The position numbers and the translations under genes are program-made. The notes beneath the pieces are model-generated. The model saw nothing but the letters and a program-made list of their open reading frames with translations, ran no database searches and had not been told where the DNA came from. A DNA stretch of 52,092 nt from assembly GCA_029006345.1 (NCBI GenBank), contig JAQXGK010000019.1, forward strand, positions 1 to 52,092, given 5' to 3'. How positions within the stretch are numbered: position 1 is the stretch's first letter; the number at the start of each line of letters is the position of its first letter. Source of the stretch: Bacillota bacterium (GTDB taxonomy: Bacteria > Bacillota > Clostridia > Oscillospirales > SIG627). Shown piece by piece: positions 9,284-17,620 of the stretch.

Positions 9284-9719
9284 GTTGGATATTCGCGCAT
9301 TGACAAAACAGGATATCTCCGCCTGCGAAGCAATAGAGAGGGCGTGCTTTTCGTCCCCGTGGAGCTTTGCCGAGTTAAGTAAGCTGTGCGAAAATCCGCT
9401 GGCCTGCTATTATACCGCCGCCGAGGACGGAGAAGTTGTAGGCTACGGCGGAATGTACTGCGTTTTAGACGAGGGAAGTATAAATAATATAGGCGTTCTG
9501 CCGCAGTATCGCCGGCGCGGAGCGGCCGGTGCCTTGCTGGACGCGCTGATTGACAGCGGGTGTAAGCTCGGACTTTCGCGCCTGACCCTCGAGGTCAGAG
9601 TGAGCAATACCGCCGCGATCTCGTTGTACCGCTCACGCGGCTTTTCCGAGGTCGGTTTGAGAAAGAATTTTTATTCCAATCCGCGGGAGGATGGAATAAT
9701 AATGGAGAAAAAGCTTTGA
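9276..9719 (+). CDS. rimI: Ribosomal protein S18-alanine N-acetyltransferase
   Basis: GNAT motifs CFSSPWS, LEVRVSN, RKNFY; adjacent to tsaD. Confidence 0.9.
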   Translation: MFELDIRALTKQDISACEAIERACFSSPWSFAELSKLCENPLACYYTAAEDGEVVGYGGMYCVLDEGSINNIGVLPQYRRRGAAGALLDALIDSGCKLGLSRLTLEVRVSNTAAISLYRSRGFSEVGLRKNFYSNPREDGIIMEKKL

Positions 9720-10714
9720 AAATACTTGCGATAGAGTCGTCCTGCGACGAGACCGGCGTAGCTGTTGTCGAGGACGGCAGAAAAATCCTCTCCAACGAGG
9801 TGCTGTCACAGATAGAGATACATGCCCGCTACGGCGGCGTAGTTCCTGAGATAGCGTCGAGAGCACATACCGAGGCGATAACGCCGCTGACCCGTGCCGC
9901 GCTTGAAAAAGCCGGCGCCGCGCTGTCTGATATAGACGCCATAGCCGTCACCGCAAAGCCCGGTCTTATCGGAGCGTTGCTTGTAGGACTGTCGTTTGCC
10001 AAGGGGCTTTCTTATTCGACAGGGATTCCGCTGGTCGGAGTAAATCATATGCGGGGTCATATAGCCGCAGGTTATCTCGGAAACCGCGACCTCGAGCCGC
10101 CTTTTACCGCCTTCGTTCTGAGCGGAGGACACACCTCCGTCATCCGTGTGAACGATTATACCGATTTTACCGTTCTCGGCTGTACGCGGGACGATGCGGC
10201 GGGAGAGGCGTTTGATAAGGTCGCCAGGGTGCTGTCTATAGATTATCCCGGCGGCAGGGAGATGGACGCGCTTGCATCAAAGGGAGACCCGTCAGCCTAC
10301 GATTTTCCGTCGCCGATAGTGCGCACAAGTCCCTTTGATTTTTCGTTTTCCGGCATCAAAACCGCCGTTATAAACAGACTTCATAACGATGCGCAGAAGG
10401 GAGTTGCCTTCTCGCGGGAGGATGTTGCCGCTTCGTTTACCGCTTCGGTGGTGAGAGCGCTTTGCGACCGCATGACAAATGTGATTGATTCGGGCGCGGA
10501 TAAGCTTTTGCTGTGCGGCGGCGTTGCCGCGAATACTCACGTCAGAGCCGCGCTTGCCGGGCTGTGCGAAAGCCGCGGAGTACGGCTTTATCTCACGCCG
10601 TCAGAGCTTTGCGGAGATAACGGCGCCATGATAGGCTCTCAGGGGTATTATGAGTATCTGGCGGGCAATATTTCCGATATTTCGTTGAATTCCGAGGCGC
10701 AGAGCGAAATTTGA
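9716..10714 (+). CDS. tsaD: tRNA N6-threonylcarbamoyltransferase subunit TsaD
   Basis: ILAIESSCDET, GGVVPEIASRAH, HxxGH, SGGHT, DDAAGEAFDK, DNGAMI. Confidence 0.97.
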   Translation: MKILAIESSCDETGVAVVEDGRKILSNEVLSQIEIHARYGGVVPEIASRAHTEAITPLTRAALEKAGAALSDIDAIAVTAKPGLIGALLVGLSFAKGLSYSTGIPLVGVNHMRGHIAAGYLGNRDLEPPFTAFVLSGGHTSVIRVNDYTDFTVLGCTRDDAAGEAFDKVARVLSIDYPGGREMDALASKGDPSAYDFPSPIVRTSPFDFSFSGIKTAVINRLHNDAQKGVAFSREDVAASFTASVVRALCDRMTNVIDSGADKLLLCGGVAANTHVRAALAGLCESRGVRLYLTPSELCGDNGAMIGSQGYYEYLAGNISDISLNSEAQSEI

Positions 10715-10772
10715 ATTTTTCGCCGGCTTTACAATAAATCATCGCCGTTTTCGGCAAAAGTTACAAACAGGG

Positions 10773-10895
10773 TTTTCAACAACCTGTTGAAAAATCTCAT
10801 GCCAAATCCCCGTTTTGGCGGTAAAAACCGTGTTTTTGGGTTTTTGGCTGTTGAAAACTCTGTCAGTACTGTTGAGAATTTCTCGGTTTTGAACA
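10773..10895. promoter_or_regulatory. Cluster of TTTTCAACA/TGTTGAAAA motifs (degenerate DnaA-box-like)
   Basis: Copies at 10773, 10785, 10849; variants at 10870 and 10887. Confidence 0.4.
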
Positions 10896-11066
10896 AATTT
10901 TTGTTTTTTGCCGAAAAAGTTAACAAGAGTTTATGTAAATCAAAAATGATAAATCAGCGACTGTTTTACATAAAAAACCGCCGATTTTTCGTATTTCAGT
11001 CATAGCAAGAGAAAAAACTGCGATATCGGCATAAAAAAAGCAAATAATTGAAAGGAACATATAAAA

Positions 11067-12233
11067 ATGGACAGAAAAACACAAATTGATAATGCTGTGG
11101 AGTCCTTCCGCGGCCTTTTGGAGGAACAGCTCGACAGAGTTGAACGTCTCAAGAATGAGGGAGATTTTGTAGACTACGCAAGTCTCGATAAGCTGATTAT
11201 CGGCGTTTGCGGCGGAGACGGAATAGGCCCGATTATTTGCCGCGAGGCAGAGAGAGTACTTCATTATCTGCTTGATGATGAGGTCAAGGCGGGCAGGGTG
11301 GAGTTCCGTGTTATAGACGGACTTACCATTGAAAACCGCGCCGCCTGCGGCAAGGCCATCCCGGACGATGTTCTGGAGGAGCTCAAAAAGTGCCATGTCA
11401 TTCTCAAGGGGCCGACCACCACTCCGCGTGCCGGCGACCCGTGGCCGAATATAGAGAGCGCGAATGTCGCCATGAGAAAACAGCTTGACCTGTTTGCCAA
11501 TGTTCGCCCCGTAAAGATTCCCGACCAGGGCATCGACTGGACCTTCTTCCGTGAAAATACAGAGGGCGGCTATGCCGTCGGCAGTAAGGGACTGAATGTT
11601 TCCGACGACCTTGCGGTGGACTTTGTCGTTACTACCACGCAGGGCACCGACCGTATTGCGCGCTTGGCTTACGATTATGCCAAGAAAAACGGCAAGGAGC
11701 ATGTTGCCATTGTTACCAAGGCGAATATTATCAAGACCACCGACGGCAAGTTCCTCAAGCTCTGCCAGGGTATCGGTGAGGAGAATCCCGAAATCCGCAC
11801 TACCGACTGGTACATAGATATCATGACTGCAAAGCTTGTCGATGAAAAGCGCCGCCGCGATTTCCAGGTGGTTGTACTGCCGAACCTCTACGGCGACATC
11901 ATTACCGATGAGGCGGCGGAAATGCAGGGCGGTGTCGGAACGGCAGGCAGTGCGAATATCGGTAAGCGTTACGCCATGTTCGAGGCCATCCACGGCTCCG
12001 CACCCAGAATGATAACAGAGGGCAGAGGCGAATATGCCGACCCGTGCTCGATGCTTCGTGCTTCAGTGCTTCTTCTCTCGCACATAGGCCGTCAGCAGCT
12101 GGCAGACCGCCTTGAGAGAGCGCTTGATATTTGTATGTTTGAGGAAAAGCGTCTTACCGTTACAGGCAGAACCGACGGCGCCAAGACATCGGAATTTGCA
12201 GATTATGTAATGGAGACCCTTTCGAAACAGTAA
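11067..12233 (+). CDS. Isocitrate/isopropylmalate dehydrogenase family protein
   Basis: GDGIGP, KGPTTTP, LDLFANVRP, RENTEG, NLYGDIITD, FEAIHGSAP. Confidence 0.92.
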   Translation: MDRKTQIDNAVESFRGLLEEQLDRVERLKNEGDFVDYASLDKLIIGVCGGDGIGPIICREAERVLHYLLDDEVKAGRVEFRVIDGLTIENRAACGKAIPDDVLEELKKCHVILKGPTTTPRAGDPWPNIESANVAMRKQLDLFANVRPVKIPDQGIDWTFFRENTEGGYAVGSKGLNVSDDLAVDFVVTTTQGTDRIARLAYDYAKKNGKEHVAIVTKANIIKTTDGKFLKLCQGIGEENPEIRTTDWYIDIMTAKLVDEKRRRDFQVVVLPNLYGDIITDEAAEMQGGVGTAGSANIGKRYAMFEAIHGSAPRMITEGRGEYADPCSMLRASVLLLSHIGRQQLADRLERALDICMFEEKRLTVTGRTDGAKTSEFADYVMETLSKQ

Positions 12234-12284
12234 AACACATTATCTTCACAGCGTATAATTGCCGCGCGGTACGGTACTTGCGGT

Positions 12285-12383
12285 GCCGCCGCACTGCCGT
12301 CTATTCATTGGTTCCGCGCCGTCATTTTGTCGGCTGTGAATTGGCATCGCGCCGTTAGTGTGTCGGCCGTGAATTGGCATTAT
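12285..12383. repeat. Three degenerate 33-bp tandem repeats
   Basis: Units start at 12285, 12318, 12351; units 2 and 3 share GCCGT and TGTCGGCYGTGAATTGGCAT. Confidence 0.7.
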
Positions 12384-12400
12384 AAGAAAAAGCTGAAAAG

Positions 12401-12433
12401 CAAAAACCGAAAGTCGACAGACTTTCGGTTTTG
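12401..12433. terminator. Bidirectional terminator between convergent genes
   Basis: AAAACCGAAAGTC-gaca-GACTTTCGGTTTT. Confidence 0.75.
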
Positions 12434-12473
12434 AAATAGGGGCGCATGTCAGCATATCAGCTGTTTTCTCGCG

Positions 12474-13145
12474 TTATGACAGAAATTTTATCGCCCTTTC
12501 CACAGCGTCCTTGGAGTCGTTCCAGGGCTCGTCCTTGTAGCGGTAGTCGAATTTTTTGCAGAACCACGACACATCCCCGCACAGCTTTTCGATATAGGCG
12601 CTCTCGATTTTGTCGGCGTCCTCCGTAAAAGCGGCAAAGGTCTTTTTGCTTTGGACGCGTCTTGCCGCAGTCAGCATTCGCTCGTAGTGATGCAGGCAGA
12701 AATAGGGCTGCGCGGCAAATTTGGCTCTGAATTGCCTGTCGCTCTCCCACAGCATTGCCGCTGTTTCAAACATTTTCTCAAAGTGAAATTCAATACGGTC
12801 ACAGATATAGCAGCTCTCGTTAAAGCCGTGCGCCGCCTGTGCCGCACCGTCGCCCTTGGGCTTGAGAGAAACCGAGGGAAGTTTGATTCCCTTTTTGACC
12901 TCGGCGAGGTGGCTCTCCAGCATGAGAGCGAGTCCGAGTCGATTTTTTGCATTGAACATTTGCTCAAAGTGCTTTTTGCAGAAGCCCTTTTTGTTTGTTT
13001 CAATGCGCACGTCCGGCTCCATCATGCTCGCACCGAGAATAAGGTCGATTTCGTTTGCTTCAAGCTTGTCATACAGCGAGCAGAACGGACAGCCGTCTGT
13101 CTTTTCAAAAGCCTCGTTGACGGGGATAGTATATATTTTTTCCAC
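12474..13145 (-). CDS. Conserved Clostridia protein (DUF6062-like) with Cys/His zinc motifs
   Basis: EKIYTIPVNEAF, CPFC, GFCxxH, CYIC, FCLHH, FCKKFDYR; TTGATT-17-TATAAT promoter upstream. Confidence 0.8.
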   Translation of the reverse strand: MEKIYTIPVNEAFEKTDGCPFCSLYDKLEANEIDLILGASMMEPDVRIETNKKGFCKKHFEQMFNAKNRLGLALMLESHLAEVKKGIKLPSVSLKPKGDGAAQAAHGFNESCYICDRIEFHFEKMFETAAMLWESDRQFRAKFAAQPYFCLHHYERMLTAARRVQSKKTFAAFTEDADKIESAYIEKLCGDVSWFCKKFDYRYKDEPWNDSKDAVERAIKFLS

Positions 13146-13441
13146 GCGAATTTTTCACCTTTCTTTGCCGTTTTTGGCTGGTTTTTTAGCCTTTTTCACC
13201 CCATTATACATAAAAAAACGCATATAATCAAGCAAAAAACGCTGCCCGTTTATACTGACAATCGCTGACATTACCTGACGCGCAGGGCACTTTTTCGGAT
13301 TATGAGTTTCCGCCTGCCGCACGGCATATGCAAAACATATAAATCTGAATATGTGGTACATCAGCACGGCATATGTATTTTGCACCCGTAATATCAAATT
13401 GACGATGCGCAGGGCGCTTTTTCGGGAGGACTGATATAGAG

Positions 13442-14488
13442 ATGAAAGTAAAATATAATTCCGACTCGGTGGAAATAGAGACGTCCGACCTGTTTTCGGC
13501 GGACAAAATATTTGATTGCGGACAATGCTTCCGCTTTGAGCCGGAGGGAGACGGATATTCCGGAATAGCCTTCGGAAGGCGCATACATATCAGGGAAAAA
13601 GGCGGCATAATAATTATTGACGGCGCAAATAAAGACGATTTTGAATCTGTTTGGTTTGACTTTTTTGATTTCGGAAACGATTACAGAAAAATAAACGACT
13701 CTATTTTGTCGGCAGTGCCCGAAAAGGCCGATTTTTTGCAACAGTGCGAGAAGGTCGGCGCGGGAATCAGAATTTTGCGTCAGGATCCGTGGGAGACGCT
13801 TGTTTCCTTTATTATTTCACAGAATAACAACATACCGAGAATTAAAAAGCTTATCTCGGCGCTTTGTATAGAATGCGGCGAGAGAATATACGGCAAAACG
13901 GCCGTCGGAACGGGCGCGTGCTGCGGAGGGACAGGCTTAAAAACAGCAGCGCACGGTGGGAAAACAGGCTTAGAAACGGGCGCGTGCTGCGGAGAAGAAA
14001 CAGGCTCAGAAACGGCCGTCGGGACAGGCAGGTCACGGGAGAAAACGGAATTTGAAATGGTTCCCGGCGGCAATACGGGCAAGCAAGAGGGCACGCGCCG
14101 CTGCGTCGGTTATGCTTTTCCGTCGCCGGAGGCAGTGCTTGAATTGGGTGAAAAGCGGCTGGCGGAAATGAAATTCGGTTTTCGCGCCGGCTATATCGCC
14201 GACGCCGCAAAAAAGGTTTGCAGCGGTGAAATAGTGCTGTCCGAGCTCTATGAAATGAGCTTTGACGAGGCGTTTGCCGAGCTCTGCAGGATACGCGGAG
14301 TGGGAGCAAAGGTTGCCTCCTGCGTGCTTTTGTTTGCTTATCACAAGCTCAACGCATTTCCTATAGACGTATGGATTCAAAAGGTCATAGACAAATACTT
14401 TGACGGATGTGTGCCCGATTTCGGAGAATTTGCCGGTATTGCTCAGCAGTACTTATTCTACAGAGAAAGATACACGCCGTCAGAGTAA
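13442..14488 (+). CDS. ogg: 8-oxoguanine DNA glycosylase/AP lyase with an internal repeat insertion
   Basis: DCGQCFRF, GIRILRQDPWETLVSFIISQNNNIPRI, HhH GVGAKVA, FPIDVW, AGIAQQYLF. Confidence 0.9.
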   Translation: MKVKYNSDSVEIETSDLFSADKIFDCGQCFRFEPEGDGYSGIAFGRRIHIREKGGIIIIDGANKDDFESVWFDFFDFGNDYRKINDSILSAVPEKADFLQQCEKVGAGIRILRQDPWETLVSFIISQNNNIPRIKKLISALCIECGERIYGKTAVGTGACCGGTGLKTAAHGGKTGLETGACCGEETGSETAVGTGRSREKTEFEMVPGGNTGKQEGTRRCVGYAFPSPEAVLELGEKRLAEMKFGFRAGYIADAAKKVCSGEIVLSELYEMSFDEAFAELCRIRGVGAKVASCVLLFAYHKLNAFPIDVWIQKVIDKYFDGCVPDFGEFAGIAQQYLFYRERYTPSE

Positions 14489-14527
14489 AACATATTTGCG
14501 AAAAACAAGCATAGAAAGGCTGATTTT

Positions 14528-15184
14528 ATGAACAATTCAGACAGACGCATAGCGTTTCGCTGCCCCGAATGCGGCAAAACGATAATAGCGCCCTTAAATC
14601 TTTTTTCACTGTCCGGCGAGCCGCTCAAGCTTTCCTGCGAATGCGGAGAATACGCTCTTGTTATGCAGGTGACCGATGACCGAAAGATCGAGGTCAGCGT
14701 GCCCTGTCTCGCCTGCCCGAAAAACCACATATATAAGCTGAGCTCTCAGCTTGTGTTTAACCGCGAGCTTTTTGTGCTTCAGTGCGCCTATTCAGGACTG
14801 GATGTCTGCTTTATCGGCGAAAAAGACAAGGTTGACGATGCGCTGTCAAAGAGCGAAAAGGAGCTTATGGCGCTTATCGACTATATGGAGCAGCATTCCG
14901 ACGAGTTTGAAGACGCAGACGAGCTTGACGAAGAGCTTGAGAAGCTTATCGAACGTTCAGAGCCCTTCGGCAAGGAGGAGCTTGACGGCGATGTCGAATG
15001 CGACGACTATGACGATTTCGGCGACGACCTCTCGGATCTCGAAGACTTTTTGCAGTATATGAAAGAGCTTCACGGGAGCGAGGACGGCCATGATTGTGAG
15101 CATGACGGCTGTGACTGCGGGCACCGTGATTGCGGCTGTGAAAGCGGTGATTGCGATTGCGGACATGACGGCTCAGAGAGTTAA
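14528..15184 (+). CDS. Hypothetical zinc-binding protein with acidic linker and His/Cys-rich tail
   Basis: CPECG, CECG, CLAC; tail HDCEHDGCDCGHRDCGCESGDCDCGH. Confidence 0.8.
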   Translation: MNNSDRRIAFRCPECGKTIIAPLNLFSLSGEPLKLSCECGEYALVMQVTDDRKIEVSVPCLACPKNHIYKLSSQLVFNRELFVLQCAYSGLDVCFIGEKDKVDDALSKSEKELMALIDYMEQHSDEFEDADELDEELEKLIERSEPFGKEELDGDVECDDYDDFGDDLSDLEDFLQYMKELHGSEDGHDCEHDGCDCGHRDCGCESGDCDCGHDGSES

Positions 15185-15202
15185 TATTTTAGTAAAAATT
15201 GC

Positions 15203-15260
15203 TTGAAACAAAAATATATGTATGTTATACTTTTGCCGAATGGGTATCCATTCGGCAAAA
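15203..15260 (+). promoter_or_regulatory. Sigma-A promoter followed by a perfect 30-bp palindrome
   Basis: TTGAAA-17-TATACT (15203-15231); TTTTGCCGAATGG-gtat-CCATTCGGCAAAA (15231-15260). Confidence 0.7.
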
Positions 15261-15374
15261 TATTTTTATGAAAGGTGTTCCCTTGTCAAGAAATATGCAG
15301 CCGATAAACGAACCGCGCACTTGCCATGCGAACGGGGGCGGTGTGCATAGCAGGGGAAACGGTAAAAAGAAACC

Positions 15375-16676
15375 ATGGCTAAACTTGCTTTACTTGGCGG
15401 TGAAAAGACAGTTTTAGAGGACAGCGGCAAGGTCGCAACAGTTCCGTTAGTACCGGAAAAGGCGTATGCTAAAATTGAAGCTCTCTGCCGAGCAGGCGAA
15501 ATCTCTTTTTCCTCAAGCGTGGGAGAGTTTGAAAAGCGGTACGCAGATTACATCGGCTGTAAGTACGGCATTTGCGTAACCAACGGAACGACATCTATTT
15601 TCTCCGGATTATTCGGCGTCGGCGTCAGGCCGGGCGATGAGGTAATCGTTCCGTCCTTTACATTCTGGGCGTCTGTCGGTCCGGTGGCGGCACTCGGTGC
15701 GGTTCCGGTATTTGCGGACATCGATCCCGATACCCACTTGCTTACGGCAGAAACAATTGAAAAGAAGATCACACCCAAGACCAAGGCTGTTTTAGTGGTG
15801 CATACATGGGGAAATCCCGTGGATATGCCGTCTGTCATGGCATTGGCCAAAAAGCATAATCTCAAGGTTGTTGAGGACTGCTCGCACGCGCACGGCTCCA
15901 CCGTAAACGGCGTTAAGGTCGGTTGCTTCGGCGATGTCGGCTGTTTTTCCATGCAGGGCTCCAAGACCTTGCCGGCGGGCGAGGGCGGTATTCTCGTCAC
16001 CAGCGACCGCGACGTATATGAAAGAGCTCTCGCGCTCGGCCATTACGACAGGCTTGGCGGCACGCAGTTTGAAAACTACTCTCTTACCGGCTTCGGCTTT
16101 AAGTTCAGAGCGCATCCCCTTGCGATAGCGATAGCCGACGCCAGCCTTGACACGCTCGACGAGCTTAACGCACTGCGTTCAAAGAACGCCGCTTATCTCG
16201 AAAAGCTGGTAAGCGATCTGCCCTATATAACGACTCAGAAGGTGCTGGACGGCTGCAAGCGCATATATTCCTATCACTATGTGCGCTATAACCCCGAATA
16301 TCTCGAAAATCTCAACCTCAACACACTTTTGATGGCGCTTTCCGCAGAGGGTGTTTCCTGCGGCTCCTGCGGCTACGGCTTTCTTCACAAATCGGCGCTC
16401 TATACCGGTGATAATATGATAACCGGCAAGCCGTTCGCCGAAGGCTACAAGCCCTCCGACGATCTCCCCAATACCGATTATCTCGCGGCGCGCGCGTTTA
16501 TGATGGCTCCCAGATTTGAGACCGAATGCACCGCTCACGTCGAGCAGTACGCCGCGGCATATCACAAGATTGCCGAAAACATCGACGAGCTTATCAAGTA
16601 CGAGATTGACAATAACCTCCGCGACGCCAAGATAAAAAACAGCGGCAGAAGCATAAATCTCTACAAAAAGGCATGA
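15375..16676 (+). CDS. DegT/DnrJ/EryC1/StrS family PLP aminotransferase
   Basis: NGTT, GDEVIVPSFTF, VVEDCSHAHG, SMQGSK (PLP lysine), GEGG. Confidence 0.9.
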   Translation: MAKLALLGGEKTVLEDSGKVATVPLVPEKAYAKIEALCRAGEISFSSSVGEFEKRYADYIGCKYGICVTNGTTSIFSGLFGVGVRPGDEVIVPSFTFWASVGPVAALGAVPVFADIDPDTHLLTAETIEKKITPKTKAVLVVHTWGNPVDMPSVMALAKKHNLKVVEDCSHAHGSTVNGVKVGCFGDVGCFSMQGSKTLPAGEGGILVTSDRDVYERALALGHYDRLGGTQFENYSLTGFGFKFRAHPLAIAIADASLDTLDELNALRSKNAAYLEKLVSDLPYITTQKVLDGCKRIYSYHYVRYNPEYLENLNLNTLLMALSAEGVSCGSCGYGFLHKSALYTGDNMITGKPFAEGYKPSDDLPNTDYLAARAFMMAPRFETECTAHVEQYAAAYHKIAENIDELIKYEIDNNLRDAKIKNSGRSINLYKKA

Positions 16677-17620
16677 CCTGTCCGTACCCCAATTCCTTTG
16701 GCTTCAAAAGGTACTACACCTTCGACTACTTTTTGAAAACACGCTTCGGTGAAAAAGTCGCAAAGCTGCCGATAGACGCAGGCTTTACCTGCCCGAATAT
16801 CGACGGCACCCGCGGAGTGAACGGCTGTATATACTGTTCGCCCCGCGGAAGCGGCGACTTTACTGAGCACCCGTGTGAAAGTATCACCGGACAGCTGACA
16901 AAAATGCGTGAGGTATATACGCGAAAGTGGCCGGTTTCACATTTTATCGCGTATTTTCAGGCGCATACCAACACCTATGCTCCCACCGAAAGACTGCGGC
17001 GCATGTATGAGGAGGCGCTTGCCTTCGACGGAGTTATCGGCCTGGCGATAGCGACGCGCGCCGACTGTATTTCCGAAAGCACTGCCGATTTACTGGAGGA
17101 ATTATCAAAAAAGACCTTTTTAACGGTGGAGCTCGGTTTGCAGACAAAGTTTGATTCAACTGCAAAAATCATCAATCGGTGTCACACGCTGGACGAGTTT
17201 ATGACGGGCTACCGCAGGCTAAAGACGAGAAAAATCAATACCTGTATTCATATCATCAACGGCTTGCCGGGCGAAACGCCCGAAATGATGCTTGAAACTG
17301 CCCGTTTTACGGCGGCTTTGAATCCGTTTGCAGTCAAGATACACATGCTGTATGTATTGCGGGGGACGAGGCTTTACGATATGTATAAACGCGGCGAGCT
17401 GCGCGAAATGAGCCGAGAGGAATACGTGGAGATCGTCTGCGACCAGCTGGAGGTATTGCCGCGCGACACGGTTATCCAACGGCTGACCGGCGACGGAAAG
17501 GCGGACGAGCTCGTTTCGCCGCTGTGGAGCATAAAAAAGACGGCGGTAATTAACGAAATCGACAAGGAAATGCGTAGAAGAAACAGTTTTCAATCAAAGC
17601 TGAGAACGGAAAATGACTGA
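16673..17620 (+). CDS. TIGR01212 family radical SAM protein (YhcC/YtqA-like)
   Basis: DAGFTCPNIDG-x5-GCIYC, AYFQAHTNTY, VELGLQT, HIINGLPGE, RLTGD. Confidence 0.9.
   Translation: MTCPYPNSFGFKRYYTFDYFLKTRFGEKVAKLPIDAGFTCPNIDGTRGVNGCIYCSPRGSGDFTEHPCESITGQLTKMREVYTRKWPVSHFIAYFQAHTNTYAPTERLRRMYEEALAFDGVIGLAIATRADCISESTADLLEELSKKTFLTVELGLQTKFDSTAKIINRCHTLDEFMTGYRRLKTRKINTCIHIINGLPGETPEMMLETARFTAALNPFAVKIHMLYVLRGTRLYDMYKRGELREMSREEYVEIVCDQLEVLPRDTVIQRLTGDGKADELVSPLWSIKKTAVINEIDKEMRRRNSFQSKLRTEND

Noticed and set aside
10920-11993. 357-aa antisense ORF over the dehydrogenase
   Set aside because: Shadow ORF from codon bias; no motifs. The same applies to the many antisense ORFs over the ATPase, adh, pckG, leuA and ribU.
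12285-12383. Possible mini CRISPR array
   Set aside because: Units are contiguous and degenerate, with no unique spacers and no cas genes
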